A stretch of 64,000 nt of DNA from Prorocentrum cordatum (GCA_963575745.1 CAUYUJ010000003.1:1240001-1304000); one strand, 5' to 3'. Positions 1 through 13,812 are shown, numbered from the stretch's first letter. Numbers and translations: made by a program. Notes: generated by a model not told the origin, from the sequence alone.

Positions 1-590
1 GCCACGAAGCGCTGTACTGGGTGGGGGGGACGCAGGCGGGCGGACCTACTGGGGGGGCCTTCGGAGGAGCTCCCTATGTGGCCGGGAAGCGCTGTACTGG
101 GTGGGGAGGGGGGGCGCATGCGCCACGAAACGCTGTACTGGTTGTGGCGGACGCATGCGGGCGGTCCCACTGGGACCTTCGGTGGAGCTCCCTATGAACC
201 CACGATGCGCTGTACTAGGTGTGGCAGACGCATGCGGGCATCCCCACTGGGGCCTTCAGTGGAGCTCCCTACGAGGCCACGAAACCCTGTACTGGGTGTG
301 GCGGACGCATGCGGGCACCCCCACTGGGGCCTTCGGAGGAGCTCCCTATGGGGTCACGAAGCGCTGTACTGGGTGTGGCAGACGCATGCCGCCACCCCCA
401 TTGGGGCCTTCGGTGGATCTCTCTCTGGGGCCACGAAACGTGTGAGGGGTGTCCCACAGTGAGGGTGGTGACAGGAGGAGGGAGGAGGGGGGGGAGGAGT
501 AGGAGAGGAGAGGAGAAGAGAGGAGAGGAACACAGGGACCGTCTATTCAAAACGAGGACCCAACACCACAGAATGTTGAGGAAAAAACAC
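1..590. repeat. ~77-bp tandem satellite with a GA-rich spacer and short tail
   Basis: About 6 copies of gccacgaaacgctgtactgggtgtggcggacgcatgcggg...ggagctccctat over 1-440, then (gagga)n. Confidence 0.85.
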
Positions 591-2021
591 CGCGGCCAAA
601 GATTACCCACGCCATCCTTAACAACCCTACCGCAGACACGCCTGCTGCACCCCACAGAAAAGCCATTACCACATGGTCCCCCAAAGCAGGGGTCGCCATA
701 CACGTGCGCCAACCACCTCCAATGCTCAGAACTCCCATTGCCTGCCCGCCCATTGAGGACCTCCTTACGCAGCGATGGCTGCAAGAGGTACCGGCGCACC
801 GCCTCGCGCCACAGACATACGCCACACTGCAAATATGCTTCCCAGCTCAAGTATGCCAGGAGCCCCCTAAACATAACATTTACGCGCAACACAACGTGAC
901 CGACAGTCGTGGGCGCATCTTTGCACGCGACACTAGGGACCAACACTTTGACGAGCACATTGAGACAACGCGATCAGACCAAACACGATACGAGGAATAC
1001 CTCGCCAGCCTCTACACACGCAGCAACCAACAAGACGCACCGTTCACACAAGCACCACCGTAGAAGGCAATGCCACGACTAGTCAAGGCGCCGCCGAAAC
1101 TCATGCCAACGGCTAACCACAACGACAGCAACAGCACGCGTGAACGACCATTCAAAACACAGCTAAGCACAACCGTGGCAGTACGCAGGGCACAGCCACG
1201 ACATCGACCGCATATACCAGCAGCGCTTCGACTGCCGCAGATCATAGGCATCTGACCCCCCTCCCTCCACTCCAGCCGGCACGCCAAGGGGCCAGCGACT
1301 AAGTATTCATTACTCTCATCTCCCCCCTCAGGACGCTAGCAGCGACAGAGGCTCCTTGCGCTGCCACTCTCCCCATCATACGTTTGCGTTGAAAGTGGCC
1401 CTGTCCCCGCAGCGCTGTCCTTCTACCCTAGGCTACAACCATTTTGGCGCGGCGGCGGGGGAATGCCCTGACACCCCCACCGTGGACTACCGACCACAAA
1501 CACCTTGGCGTGCAATACTCCCTCTCAACACACCCTGATTTAGACACCTTGTCCTTCCGTTTTGCGCAACCAGTTGCAGGCATCTAATTTCCCAAACTGC
1601 TCGCGCAATGGGTCCGTGCTAAGCCCGAGAATAATCTTCAAAACGCACGAAGGACCTGGGACCAAGGCGGTTCAGCGCGACCCCGAAAAAACCCTGGGCA
1701 GCAACCCAAGAACGGCCACGTGTTGCCTGCCACATGATGTTTCAATGCCCGCTTTAAATTTTAAGCGTGCTTGCAGGCATGACCAGACGGCAGCCGGGGG
1801 AGACTTACTTGGGGCACTGGGGGATCAGACCATGACTCATCCAGTGGTGCAGCACCGGCCAGCGTCGGTCACCATGTTTCATTGATTGCCCCTTTCACAA
1901 GTACCACTTGTTTTCTGACATCGCACACATACGAGGCACCTGTTCCCTTACCTACTGTTGCGCGCCTGAATATATTTGAATGCTCTTGCAGAAGCAGCAC
2001 TTGTTCGCCTTAGGGGTCGGT

Positions 2022-2114
2022 TATGAAACGTTCTAGCGCGATGGCAAAAAGGGCCCCCGAGAGGTCAAACGGTAGCGAATGGCGTGCTGTCACACGTGAC
2101 ACTTGCTCAATATC
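2022..2114 (-). repeat. 3' LTR-like direct repeat (~92 bp)
   Basis: tagcgcgatggcaa...gtcaaacggtagcgaatggcgtgctgtcacacgtgac...tgctcaatatc matches 11399-11492 at roughly 75-80% by eye; begins TG on the minus strand. Confidence 0.75.
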
Positions 2115-3149
2115 ACACCCGTGAAACGTTGTCACGAGCTTGCCGGTGGATCGCGTAGTCACGCTGAGAGCCTCGAAAGGCGGCAAGCAGAGTATCCCCA
2201 GTCGGGATAGCAGTCAAGGTGCGCAGTAACATCACTTCCCTGCTGAGAGAGCTCACTCTGGCCCTCGCGAAATGTTTTTTTTTTACCTCCTTCAATGCCA
2301 ACTCTGGGTCCGGAGACACATCATATGACCCCGCACGCAAAACCAGAAAACCAATAGGTATGGCTTTTGCAAGACAAGCCACAGCCGTTATACTCGTGTT
2401 GATCCAACGGATTCTATCAAAAAAACAAACGTGGATGCAGTACTCCTATTTCTTCATGACCATTCGTCCACATGTCTTGCCTCAGACTACTTAGATATGT
2501 ACTTAAACGCTTGTCGTCTGCATTCCCCAGAACATGTGGTGTCAATTGATCTTCGAGGCTTTTACAATCAGTCTTTCACAAATGTCTCATTGTCAAAGCT
2601 GTCTTTTCTTTCCACTTGGTTGGCAACTTATGCCCGGCGCCAAGCATCCCTCGCGCGTCGGCGATGGCAGCGCGAATACGCACGCCAGACTCCACACCCC
2701 ACTAACATGGCAACGCTTCTGCATGAAGCGTAGACTCATCACATACTCGTCTGGTGACCTTACTTGACGCGCATATAGGGTGGACGCCGTCGCTGTTCCC
2801 CTCGATGAACCCAGGACCGGCTAGTCCGTGAAACCTGGCCCTTTTGAGACCTGAGCGGCCCAACAGTTCCCCTTCATATCATATTCATCTGCTCAGCTGG
2901 CGCCAATAACTGAAAATGATTACAATACATGAATCGCATAACGCAGCGCCTCCCTTGCACGTTAGCCCGCGAAGTGCGGACTGCGCGGCGTCCTCCAGGA
3001 CGCGATTGGCCTGCTTGAGGCGGAGTGCCTTCGCGTGACTCACTGCTGCCTGCAGGCGGCTCGCGCGATGCAACAGTTCAGGTTTGCATTGTCGCGTAAA
3101 CCAAAACAAAGCACTTACAACTTACCTGAGCTGAGATACCTCTCCTTCG

Positions 3150-3245
<96 letters not shown>

Positions 3246-6200
3246 CTGGGGAGAGAGCCGCCCCTCGGATAGGATACTGTTTCGATTTGTTCAATGTCAC
3301 CCTTTGCCGATACACTGACGGCGCAACCTGCATCTTGAACAACTTCCAATCCGCATCCGCGGAAATTACCAAACTTTTCGCGAATAGTGAACTCTGCTGA
3401 CGCGAAATCAATGATCTCCTGGCCTTTGGCGTCCGCAGCCCAAAGAGCGCCGTCTACATGTGTTCTCACCGCGCGAGCGATTCTATTATTGTCGTTAAGT
3501 GCACTGACTAAGGCTGGCACAGCGCGGCTCTCCCTAAGTCCGCGAGCTTCGAATCTCTGACGGTTATTTTTCCATGAACCCGCGTCGCGCGCGCCGTGGA
3601 CTGACGCGCGCGCGATAAGAGCTCCACCATCTGGCGCCCCCATCGAGTCCGTCAGGAGGTGGCTTGAGCAGCATGGGGCGGTCTAACTCCAGCCCCTGGA
3701 AGCAGGCAGACGTGATCCCCGCGCACTTCAGCGCCTGCTTTGTTCCTGCTGCCCGCGATGCAATGAAAGTTCGGCCCAAGCTCGCACGTCGGCGAACCCG
3801 TGCGTACACCCAGCGAGTATTCTAAGCCTCCTCGCGAAAAAAAGTCTACTCTCGTGCTGCGGCGCAACCGGTGGTCCACCCGGCCTGCGGAAGTGCTCAT
3901 TTTATCACCCATATCAATCCAGTGGTTTGATACCATGCAATATCCTTCGTCAAAGAGCTTCTGAAGTTCCACGGGGTCTACAGACACGGCAGCGTTGAAC
4001 TTCCGCCATTGTCCCCGTTCATCTTGACTGGCAAGTCTTTATCCACTCTTAACGACTTCAGATTCACAATGGTACACCAGGCTTTTGGCACTTTGCAGGT
4101 TTCTTGCGATTGTGTCCTGTTGACTGTATGCTCACTAAAGAACCCAACAAGTGATTCATGTGGCTCCACCGCCATCGAAGCTTGTCTGCTCTCGAGAAGA
4201 TTCACACCTGGCCCCGATGTGCCCGCTTTTTGTATGGCCTCGAACAGCGGGTTCGATGGTTCGGGAGCTGGTTATGACATAGAATCGGATGTTCTTCCCG
4301 TTGCGCCATCTCCATTATCTACTCTCCTGCGCATCACTTCACTGCGACTTTGCACGCCATGAAGAACATCATCCAACAGCGATCTCTGCAAATGTGCCCG
4401 GGCCACCTGCGATGACCCCGGCGCTGGCGGCGGCGCAGGGGCGACCATTTCGTCTCCATGGCCATCGTCTTCTCCTGTTTGGCGAAACGCTTCATCGATA
4501 GCCTCAGGGTCCCCAAGGGCCCGGTAGCATGCCATCTGTCATTGACGGTGGCACGGCCGCCGGTTGTTCGGCGGGCTGAGCTTCTTGCAAGTCTCAACGC
4601 TCGTCAAAGAGCGATTGTTGTTGGCCGCGTGGAGGCGCGTGCCTTTCGACTCCTCCGCCAGGGTGTCTAGGTCTTGATGCGCCGATGCTTCCGCCGTTGT
4701 ACACGGTCGAAGCGCGTCGATAGCTACACAAACAGGCACCCCTTCGGCGATTACCCATGCGCTTTTACAATCAAAACCAACGATCCGTGACCCGGTGCTC
4801 CACTTGGCGGTGACCTCGCCGTCAGCCGGCGCTCTGCGAAAGCATGCTACATCACCGACCTGGCATTCGCAATCCAGAGGCGTAGCTTTCCGGAGAGGGC
4901 TCACGCGGCCCCACTCCCGACGTCGTGCTCTGCGAACGCATGCCCCGCAGAGGCGCGGATCGCAGCTTGGCGAGAAAACTCGTCAGCTCCGTCCTCGGCG
5001 ACGTTTGCTAACGCGCCTAGGTCGAACGCCTCGTAGTCGTCGCGCTGACTTCCAGGCGCGAGAGGCATTCGTCTGAGTGCCCACTGAGCAAATGCAAAAC
5101 CACTCACTCGCGACCTCTCGCTCTCAGCGTCAGACTTCCGACGCGGTCGAAATAACCTCGCCAAGACCGACGACATTTGTATCATGCGCAACCTTCTTGA
5201 ATATATCCTTTCAGAGTCCCCCGCGTCTCTCAGCGCGGCCGATCTGCCCTGGGGATTCGACTCCAGCACCGCGGAGGTGGATCCCTTCCATTGCAAGAAT
5301 ACGCCTCGGTTGTGTAGTCCACGATCCAATGCCATCCTCTTCGGTTTGCTTGCCCACGAACACGAGCATTGTTGGAGCGCTGCAAGACATGCTCGTGAAG
5401 ATTGTGCCCCCCCTCCTTGTTTGACAGAAATGCCGCGCTGAAGCGCGCCCCCCCAGCCAGCGATGTTCAAGATTCAAGAAGGCATAGTAAACCCCGAAAT
5501 TGCCTCTTACTTCCAAACAGTCGATGCCAGTCTCATGATTGACGCAGAATGTCTCGGGCAAGGCTACCTCGTGTGTCTGAGCTAGCGGCTTATGGTGTTC
5601 ACAAGATCACATTTGCGATTCTTCGCAACTTCAATGCACCCAGAAGACATTCTGGAGGCCCGCAACAGTTGGATCATAACACGGTTCGGGAACATGTCAG
5701 AACTGCCCGCGACGTCGCCTGATCGCGATCCTCGCGCGGAGAGGGGCCATTAACCGTGCTTTCCTTCTGGCCCCCTCAAGCTTCGGATATCCTGGAAGGT
5801 CGCTCTGCTCCAAGAGGTCTTGTTCTTCGTCGCGCGAGCGTTCTGCTGGCGCGCTTGCGACGTCGCCATCACCGATGATCGCGCCCATTTTGCTTCGACC
5901 TCTCTCTGCCGCAACTTCGGCAGAGAAGGCTGCGAACACAAGCCAGTCCCAAATGACCTTCTCTGCGAAATCTCGGAGGGGAGTTTCAGAACTTCTGACT
6001 CGCGATGTCCGCGTCTGACTCTAGGTGGGAAATCAGCGCGCTGGCGACCTCTTGGTCCGAGCGAGTTAACCCGTAAACAAGCGCGGTTCTTACAGGGCCA
6101 CTAGATTGAACCACTTCCGAGAAATACTCGCTGAGTGCACTGTAATTGGATGGCGCGGCATTGGCGATGATGAGATCATGATTGCGCTCGACGACGTCTT

Positions 6201-7589
6201 CCTCCTCTCCGCCCCCCCACTCTGGGCGCGCCGCCGCGTCGCCAGAGGCCGGGCAGGCGAACGAGATGCCGATGGAGTAGGGCAGCGCCCCCGCCAGGTT
6301 GGTGCCAGCCCGTCCGCGGCGCAGATCGGCGTTGCTGATCACTTCCTCGACGATCTCCTTGTCCGTCGCGTCCATGCTGGGAGAATTCAGCTCTGCAACG
6401 CATGCCGAGAACAGCTCGTCCTCAACGTCGAACTGCTCGAAGCCCTCGCAATACTTGTCGCGAGCCTCCGACCCGTCGTCGTCGTCGGGCGATCGCTCAG
6501 CGCGAGACGAGTGCACGGGCATGCTGCCCCAATTTGAAATACGAAGGCGCGGCGGCTGCGCGGATGTAGCCAACCTCTCGCGCGCCTCTGCGTCGCGAGA
6601 TGACGCCATGTCAACCCTGTCCTCGGCGCCCACCCAGTCCCGCGAGCCCCCCTTCCCCCCCCGCGGTGGACTTCTTCCGCGTGGGCCAGGCGGGCGGGAA
6701 CTTGATCTGCGCGTTGCAAGGATCTCTCTGTTGATACTGACGCGCGCCAGATTGCGGCTGTCGGTCTCCTCGACGCGACCAACAGTGGCATCGCTCGGAA
6801 AGCTCTTCGGATCGACGTACGCGATGAATTTGCGCCTCTTTGATGTGCCCAACAAGCTTTCCAACTGAGAACTGCCAACATCTATCTAAAGGCTCGAAAT
6901 CCACGACTGGATCTCCGGTCCTGTCACCGCCCACCTTCAGGCCCCTGTCTGGAGATCCTGATGCGTCGGACTCGGCGCTCTTCTCGCGGCGCCCCCCTGC
7001 CGCGCCGGCAGGCGGCGGCGGGGGGGGCGGCAGCGGCGCCACCTTCTTTGGAGCCTCCCGAGGAGGCGGCGACGGCGCCCGCTCCTCTATCAGATGCGCA
7101 GGAGGCGGCGCCCAGGGCTTGAGCGCAGCGGCCGGCTGCCGACCTGCGCGCCAGAGGCGCCTCCGAGTGCAGGCCGGCAGAAGACGAAGCGGCACGCGGC
7201 GCGCTCGCAAAATTCGCGCCCGGGGGCGCCGGGAAGTGACCAGTGGCGGCGTAGTCCGTGACCCACCTGACCAACTTCACGCGGTCAGCGGGAATGCGGC
7301 CAACTTGTCCATCATTTTCTTGAAGTCGCCCTCGTCGAACTCGTCGCCTCTGCGACCCTTCCAGATGGCCCTGGGATGACTCCTGATCACCTTCGCGACG
7401 TCCTCGTCGTCGACTCCGTCGAGGATGTCGTGGCGGGGGCGCTTCTCCTCGCGACGAGCTAGCTCAGGCCCGCGATGGCTTCCCTTGACCATCGGAGCAG
7501 GCGGCGGCACGGCGCGCCTCTCGGAGGACGTGGTGATGGCCGAGAACATATTGTCAGTGGCGCCGTTCGCCATGTCCTTGGCCCACTCA

Positions 7590-7990
7590 CTCCTACGCAT
7601 GCAGTCATTGCATCTTCCCCCGCAGGTCCACGCATCCCACTCGTGGCTGCTCGGGTAGGCTGAAGTGTAGAAGATGCCATAGCTCTTGAGGAACTGATTG
7701 ATGGCGCACGCAATAGCGACTGAGCGATGCCTGCCCGACTTGCAGACAACGCACGCCGATTCCGAGGCAGAACAATCTGCCAAACGCATCGCGATGTGCT
7801 CCACGATGTCTAAGAAGCGCGTGTTGCCAGCCGAATTCCTCAGAATGTTCGGGCGGTGGCCGATGTGGCGCGTCGACGCAGGGTCATCCAGCGCCCTCGT
7901 GTCCACCGAGATGTACCTGTCAAACTCAGCCATCCCCTCGTCACCTTCACACAAAACATCGACAATGACCTTGCCTGCGCGGCTCCTGGG
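7590..7990 (-). other. RapZ C-terminal-like (CxxGxHRSV) domain inside the copia polyprotein region
   Basis: ORF 7277..8089: VDTRALDDP...HIGH...VVCKSGRHRSVAIA, resembling RapZ-C DVRFLPNP...GCTGGxHRSV; followed by CGGRCNDC. Confidence 0.6.
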
Positions 7991-10900
7991 AGCGAGCTCG
8001 CGACTGGAACGAAGGTTGCTGCGGATGTAGTCCGCCGGCATGTCTGAGCCAGAAACTTGTGGACCCTGCTCGAAGCGCTCCGCGCCCAACGTGATCGCAA
8101 CGAACTTCGCGCCCTGCGGCTGCGGAGGAGTGTCCGCGGCCTTGGGGAATCTCGCGGCAGCGACCTGGGCGCCCTCTTCGTCGCTGGAGTGATCGACGAT
8201 GCCGCGGGGCGCGGCGCAGCGCGGCTGGTCGCTGGCGGCTCGATGCGAGACGTGCAGCGGACGGATAGAATGCGCCTTGTGACCTGATCAAACTGATCAA
8301 GGCGAATGAAAATAATACCAGAGCGAGCACAACGACGCATCTCCACTTCACCTTCCTGGCTGAGGATGGCACGACCCGCGGCGAGATCTTTCGCGACGCC
8401 GAGAAACGCCTGCGCTTGGCGAGACAGCAGCGAAGGAACACGATCATAATCTTTCAACCGATTGGATTCCAAACAACCGTTCTCGGCGCCGAAGCTACGG
8501 AACGGAAAATTGTCTCACCTGTTGTCGAACTACTGGCCCGGCCCCCAACGCCGCCGCTGGCGCTGCACCCTCTGCGAACCCATCTTGTACAATTATATAT
8601 ATATATATATATATATTCTGCGTCAAGAGCCGATGCTCTACCGCGGCAACAAGCATTGCAGCCCACGTCTAAAGTGGCCCATGCACCGGCGTCCTCGAAA
8701 TCATCGATCGCACGAAGTCTCGACATCGCCGATGCTTCGGCCGACGCAAGAAATGCTGGCACCACGAACCCGACAGGGGCGCTATCCGCAACCTCGGCGA
8801 CGCAATCGCGAAGCTTGCAAGGCGCTCAACTCGCCTGCGCGGATGTCGCCCGCGCCCCGACAGATCGACATAGCACGCGTAGAGAACATCTCCAGCACAA
8901 CATTAAGCTCTTCACAGGTGATACGGCGATCATATCCCGTGCACTTCTCGATTGCCTCCGCCCGGAGGTTGGAAACGCGTTCAACTGTCTTGGCGGTGGC
9001 CTTCTTGTCCTGCGCGAGCTGTCTGGGCCGCGCGCCAATGCGCGCCGAGCGCTGACAAAAGAACGCGCGAACAACGTCGGGCGCGCTGCCCCTATTGTCC
9101 ACGCGGTCGCGCGGACACTCGCCCCGACGGCACAGCGCCTCGCGCCGCCCCTCCCTGGCCTCGCCCCCGCAGTCTTCACGCGCGCGAGCAACGAAGCGAG
9201 CCGTCGAGCCGCGCCGCCGAAAGAGTCCTACATCCACGAGCACGCGGGCGAGGCAGCGGGGGGCCCGGCGGCCCCCCGCCCAAGGGAGAAGAACTCGAAG
9301 ATAGCAGAACTCTGCCGCCCTAAAGTTTCGCACCAGAAGTTTCCGCGAAGTGGCCGTCTTCTTTCGGAGTGAAGCTACCGCCGGCCCAAGTTCAGAGCTG
9401 AATCTAATCCTCGCTCGGCATCTTGACCCCGCGACCCCGCGCGACGCAGTCAGGCGTCGACTTGAGAGCGCGATCGCAGCTGGGCCCTCGGCGCTGCCCA
9501 ATGGCAAACGCGGCGCCATGACAAGGAACGGAAGTCGGACCTGGAAAAGACCCCGCCTCAAAGTCTTCGTCGGAAACGCGAGCCATCGAGGAGCTCTCGA
9601 CCGATCGGGCGGCCACGGGCGCAAGAACCCCCATCCGCCAGCCTCCGCCGAGATCAGGGGGTCGCCCCCTCCAGGCCCCTGAACCAAAATAGCCTCGGAC
9701 TGCTCGAGACGCCCCTTGCAGGCGTGACTCTGCGCGCGCCCACGCTGCAAACTACGCTGACCATCGCAGTTCCCCCCGATCGCGCGAGCATGCTCTACGA
9801 CGCGCGACGCGAGATGAGAAAGAAGAACAGAAGCGGGTAACATCGGGACCAACAACCAGCGCCTCCTCTTTGCTTTCTGGTGCATGATGATGAATGGGTG
9901 AAGATATAGCTACGGCCCCCATAGATGCGAACTCCTGTTCGTCATCGTCCTAGCGCAACTGGATCTGTCGCTCGCCAGGAGGCGCTGCCATCGCTGCCCT
10001 GGGTTTGCCCTTGCACTCCGGGCCCCCAAACTGGTCCACTTCGTTGTGAGTTTATCATATTGAGCGTTTCTTGATCTCCTGACATATCTCTGCGCGATCT
10101 CCTAGGCTCGGCGCCCTCTTGCGGCCGCCCTTGGATGGCCAGGGCGTGCGGTTGCAGCCCTCACCCCCGCCCTTCCCTCTGCCCTCGCTCCTTCCCTCGG
10201 CGCCAAAAACTGCTGCCGGGCCCTCCTGGGTCACGCCGGGAGCTTCTTCCTCTGCGTACCAAGCCTTGACCGCATATTCAACCGCCTCGGCGTCGAGCTC
10301 GCCATCCCCCATGGGCGGGGGCCTAGCGAGCGCGCGATTCCCCGTCGCCCCAGGCGTGCTCCTCGGCGCAGACGCCCCGGGCTCTGTCGCCCCAACCGCG
10401 CCCCGGTGCAGAGCTGGGCGCGCAGTATCCGCAGGGGCCCACCTCCCCAGGGCAATGCCCCCCCTGCTGGCGCCAGCCGTCGTCTGCAGCGTGGGAGGCG
10501 CACGGCGGCCTGGAGGGGCGCACCTTTGCCTTTGCCCTTGCTCCTGTTGGGGTAGCTGGGCTTGCGTTGCGTCCGCGCCGCGAGGCTGAATCCTCTGCTG
10601 GACTCACCCTTACCCGTCTGGCGGATGTGAGCGCGGCCGTGCTGGAGGACCAAAACGTCTTTGATCTTGTCGATGGTCGTCGCATTCACTGCGAATGTCA
10701 ACGCCATCAGGTTCTCCGAAGGTGGAAGGCCTGCATGGTCGTAAAGAAAGGGCCCAAACATGTCGCCAGATCGTCACTCATCACAAGCTTAGGATCTAGC
10801 TTGGAGATAAGCTTCAAACCAGCGCTTCCCGCGGGAAATGCACGAGGCCATCGGCTCGCCGCCCTGTCGGGGCAGCGCCCGTAAGGTCTTTGCCCCGCCT

Positions 10901-11380
10901 GGAACAGGATCTTGGCTTCCTGTGCCTCCACGGGGAAGGGTGAAGTACGAATCGCCAGCGCAAGCTGATCGATTCCCTTCGGTGTCAGAAGCGCGTCTGT
11001 TACCGATATGCACGGCAATATCGAGCGCGTCGCCTCTGAGGCCCTCTCAACCTTGTTGACAGCTGAGATGACAATATGCTGCTGGGATTATCCCGCCTCG
11101 GAGTCCACTGAGGCCAAGGCGGCGCTCATGCGCATCCCCGCGAGGAATTCCCAGTCGTGGAATTTGTGCGCCGTTCCATCGTAGATGCAAGAGCCACTCT
11201 TCGTCTCTGATCGCGTCAACGCGTCAGCGTTCGACCGCTAGCGACGAAGAGGCAGCGCCGCGGCGGCAAGGCCAAGCAAGGCACAGCCCCCTAATGAGGG
11301 AGACTGCTCAGCAAGTTAAGGCGATTGCTTTCTCCGGAGAGACGAGCGCGCAGTGGCGCGATGCGTGGGTCGCGTCGCAG

Positions 11381-11492
11381 AGCCGCTGCCAGTGTGAATA
11401 TGATTCGCTTTTTAGCGCAATGGCAAGAGGGGCCCTTAAATGTCAAACGGCAGCGAGTGGCGCGCTGTCACACGTGACGTATGCTCAATATC
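11381..11492 (-). repeat. 5' LTR-like repeat plus putative primer-binding site
   Basis: Partner of 2022-2114. On the minus strand it ends ...ttcaca and is followed after 1 nt by tggcagcggct (a TGG-starting PBS-like sequence, 11391-11381). Confidence 0.7.
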
Positions 11493-12372
11493 TGAATACA
11501 TGGAGGTGGCACGGCGGTTGGGAATAGGACTTGGCGGTGGTGGAGGCCATGATTCACCAAGCACTGCAGCGCCGACCAGCGGCGGCCACCATTTATCGTT
11601 GATTGCCCGAGCACAAGCATCGCACAGTTTGACCAAAGGGGAGCCGCCCAAGAATTGCTCACAAAAAAGGCACCTGTTTCTTTGCTCACGCTTGTACGCC
11701 TGAGTAGATGTGACTGCTCCAGCTTAAACGGTAGCAACCTATGGATTGCATGCATGGAGGTGGCACGGGGGTTGGGACTAGCACCTCCCATGGGCCCAGC
11801 TGAAGACTGTGGTAGGGGGTGGGGGTGGAGGACTCAGCACCGACCAACTTCGGCCACATTCTCCCTTTGAGCACCCCGACACAACAGCACATGTGCTGAC
11901 CCTACGGGTCGTTCCCCAGAAACTGCATACTAGACAGGCGCCGTTCACTTGCTAACTTCTGGGCGCCTGAATATGACGTGGAGGTGGAACGGGGTTGGGG
12001 CGATTGGGGGGGGAGCAGCACCCACCAACGCCACATCAACGCATTGACTGCCCCAACATACGCGGCACAGTTTTTAAGCGCCGAGGCCGACAAACGCCCA
12101 TGGCCAGCATACATTTGCTGCAGTCCAATCGCTGCGCTTCTGACCCCGAGGAATACAAGTAGGGACATACATAGACACAGCACGCTTTTCCTGCCATTCA
12201 GCAGCCCAGCCACCATCTGTGTTCAGCCCACATTATGGTCCTTACTATGCCCATCGCACCATCAACTCCCATGTGCCTGATCCTTTTTATATGGCAGCAA
12301 TTCGTACCGAATCGTGTTGTTGATGCGCTTCCATGCTTGAGTGTTCCTGTGACCTACTGAGATACATGATGA

Positions 12373-12421
12373 TTATATATATATATCTTTCGCTCTCTCT
12401 CTCTCTCTCGCGTTCTCTCTG

Positions 12422-12454
<33 letters not shown>

Positions 12455-12620
12455 ATGTATATCTCTGTCTCTCTGTCTATATCTCTCTCTATTTCTTTAT
12501 CTCCCTCTATATTGCTATCTCTATATATATATATATATACACACCACACTCTCTCACACTCTCTCACATTCTCTCATTATCTCTCACTATCTCTCTCTCT
12601 CACTCTCTCTCTCTCTCTTG
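12373..12620. repeat. (CT)n/(AT)n microsatellite tract
   Basis: Visible directly. Confidence 0.9.
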
Positions 12621-12799
12621 TGTTATCTTTCACGCTCGCTCGAAACAGGTTGGATCCTTACCGGGGGCGAGCGACAAAAAGGCGGGGGAAGCGGCGGAGG
12701 AGGAGGAGCAACAACAGCAGGAGGAACAGAGGGTGAAAAGGGGAGCGGGGAGGACGATGGCGAGGAGGGACGGAAACAGGAAGAGGAACAACCAAAGGA

Positions 12800-13665
12800 G
12801 GATAACAGTGAGGGGGCGGGCGCGGGCGACGCGGGCGTCGAGCCGGCGGACCTCGTGGCCCTCACATTCCCTGTCGATGGCGCCCTCCTCCCCCACCTTT
12901 TCCTCCTCCTCCTCCTGTTCCTCCCCCTCCTCCACCTGGAAAGCATTCGAAAACAGCCCGCAGGCGCCGAAAATCTTGATTTGTACACTGAACGCGGTTT
13001 GGGTCGCAAGTTCAAGTTCCCCACCTGGAACGAATGCAAAAGAAACCCGCCGCAGGCGCCGAAGTTTTGGTTTGTTCAGTGAACGTAGGTTGGGTCGCGG
13101 GTGGGTCGCGGGCTCTCCACCTCCACCTGGAAGGAATTCAAAAACAACCCGCCGCAGGCGCCTAACATTTTGATTTGTGCAGAGAAGGCGGTTTGGGTCG
13201 CGGGTGGGTCGCAGGCTCACCACCTGGAGCGAATGCAAAGAAGGCCGCCGCAGGAGACGAACATTTTACGTGGGTCGCGGGGTGGGTCGCGGGTGGGTCG
13301 CCAGTGGGTCGCGGGCGGGGTTTGGGTCGCGGGTGGGTCACAATTTCTCCATCTGGAACGAATGCCAAAAAAAAAAAACGCAGGCGCCGAACATTTTGGG
13401 TGGGTCGCGGGGTGGGTCGCGGGTGGGTCGCGGGTGGGTCGCCGTGGGTCGCGGGTGGGTCGCGGTGGGTCGCGGGTGGGTCGCGGGTGGGTCGCGGGTG
13501 GGTCGCGGGGTGGGTCGCGGGTGGTTCGCAGGTGGGTCGCGGGGTGGGTCGCGGGTGGGTCGCGGGGCGGGTTGCGGGTGGGAAAACGACAACAAACAAC
13601 AACCGACAACAACAACAACATCAACAGCAACAACAACAACAGCAACAACAACATCCAGCACCACC

Positions 13666-13747
<82 letters not shown>

Positions 13748-13758
13748 CCACCACCACC

Positions 13759-13812
<54 letters not shown>

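Larger units (their letters stand above)
2022..11492 (-). mobile_element. Degenerate Ty1/copia-like LTR retrotransposon (~9.5 kb)
   Basis: Minus-strand domain order: gag-like (YDGTAHKFHDWEF ~11150; FPVEAQEAKILF; LVLQHG), protease (ATLDVGCN ~8670), integrase region (NHETGID, ~5700-4700), RT-like (FQGLELDRPMLLKPPP ~3690), RNase H (TDCKSLED ~2560). Integrase before RT is the copia order. Many frameshifts and stops. Confidence 0.82.

Noticed and set aside
590..1300. Complex ORFs 269..958 and 704..1063
   Set aside because: No recognisable motifs or splice context; left unannotated
1431..1452. Possible relic dinoflagellate spliced leader (ccattttggc)
   Set aside because: Only a 10-nt core matches; the flanks disagree with CCGTAG...TCAAG
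4760..4800. RIVGFD as the PGP VVGFD motif
   Set aside because: It lies in the copia post-integrase region; the real motif is at 45071-45156
12135..12170. MSLLVFLGV as a PGP C-terminal exon (cf. TLLVLSGV)
   Set aside because: No preceding GDRLDTD exon, no convincing splice sites, and the conserved S/T before GV is absent
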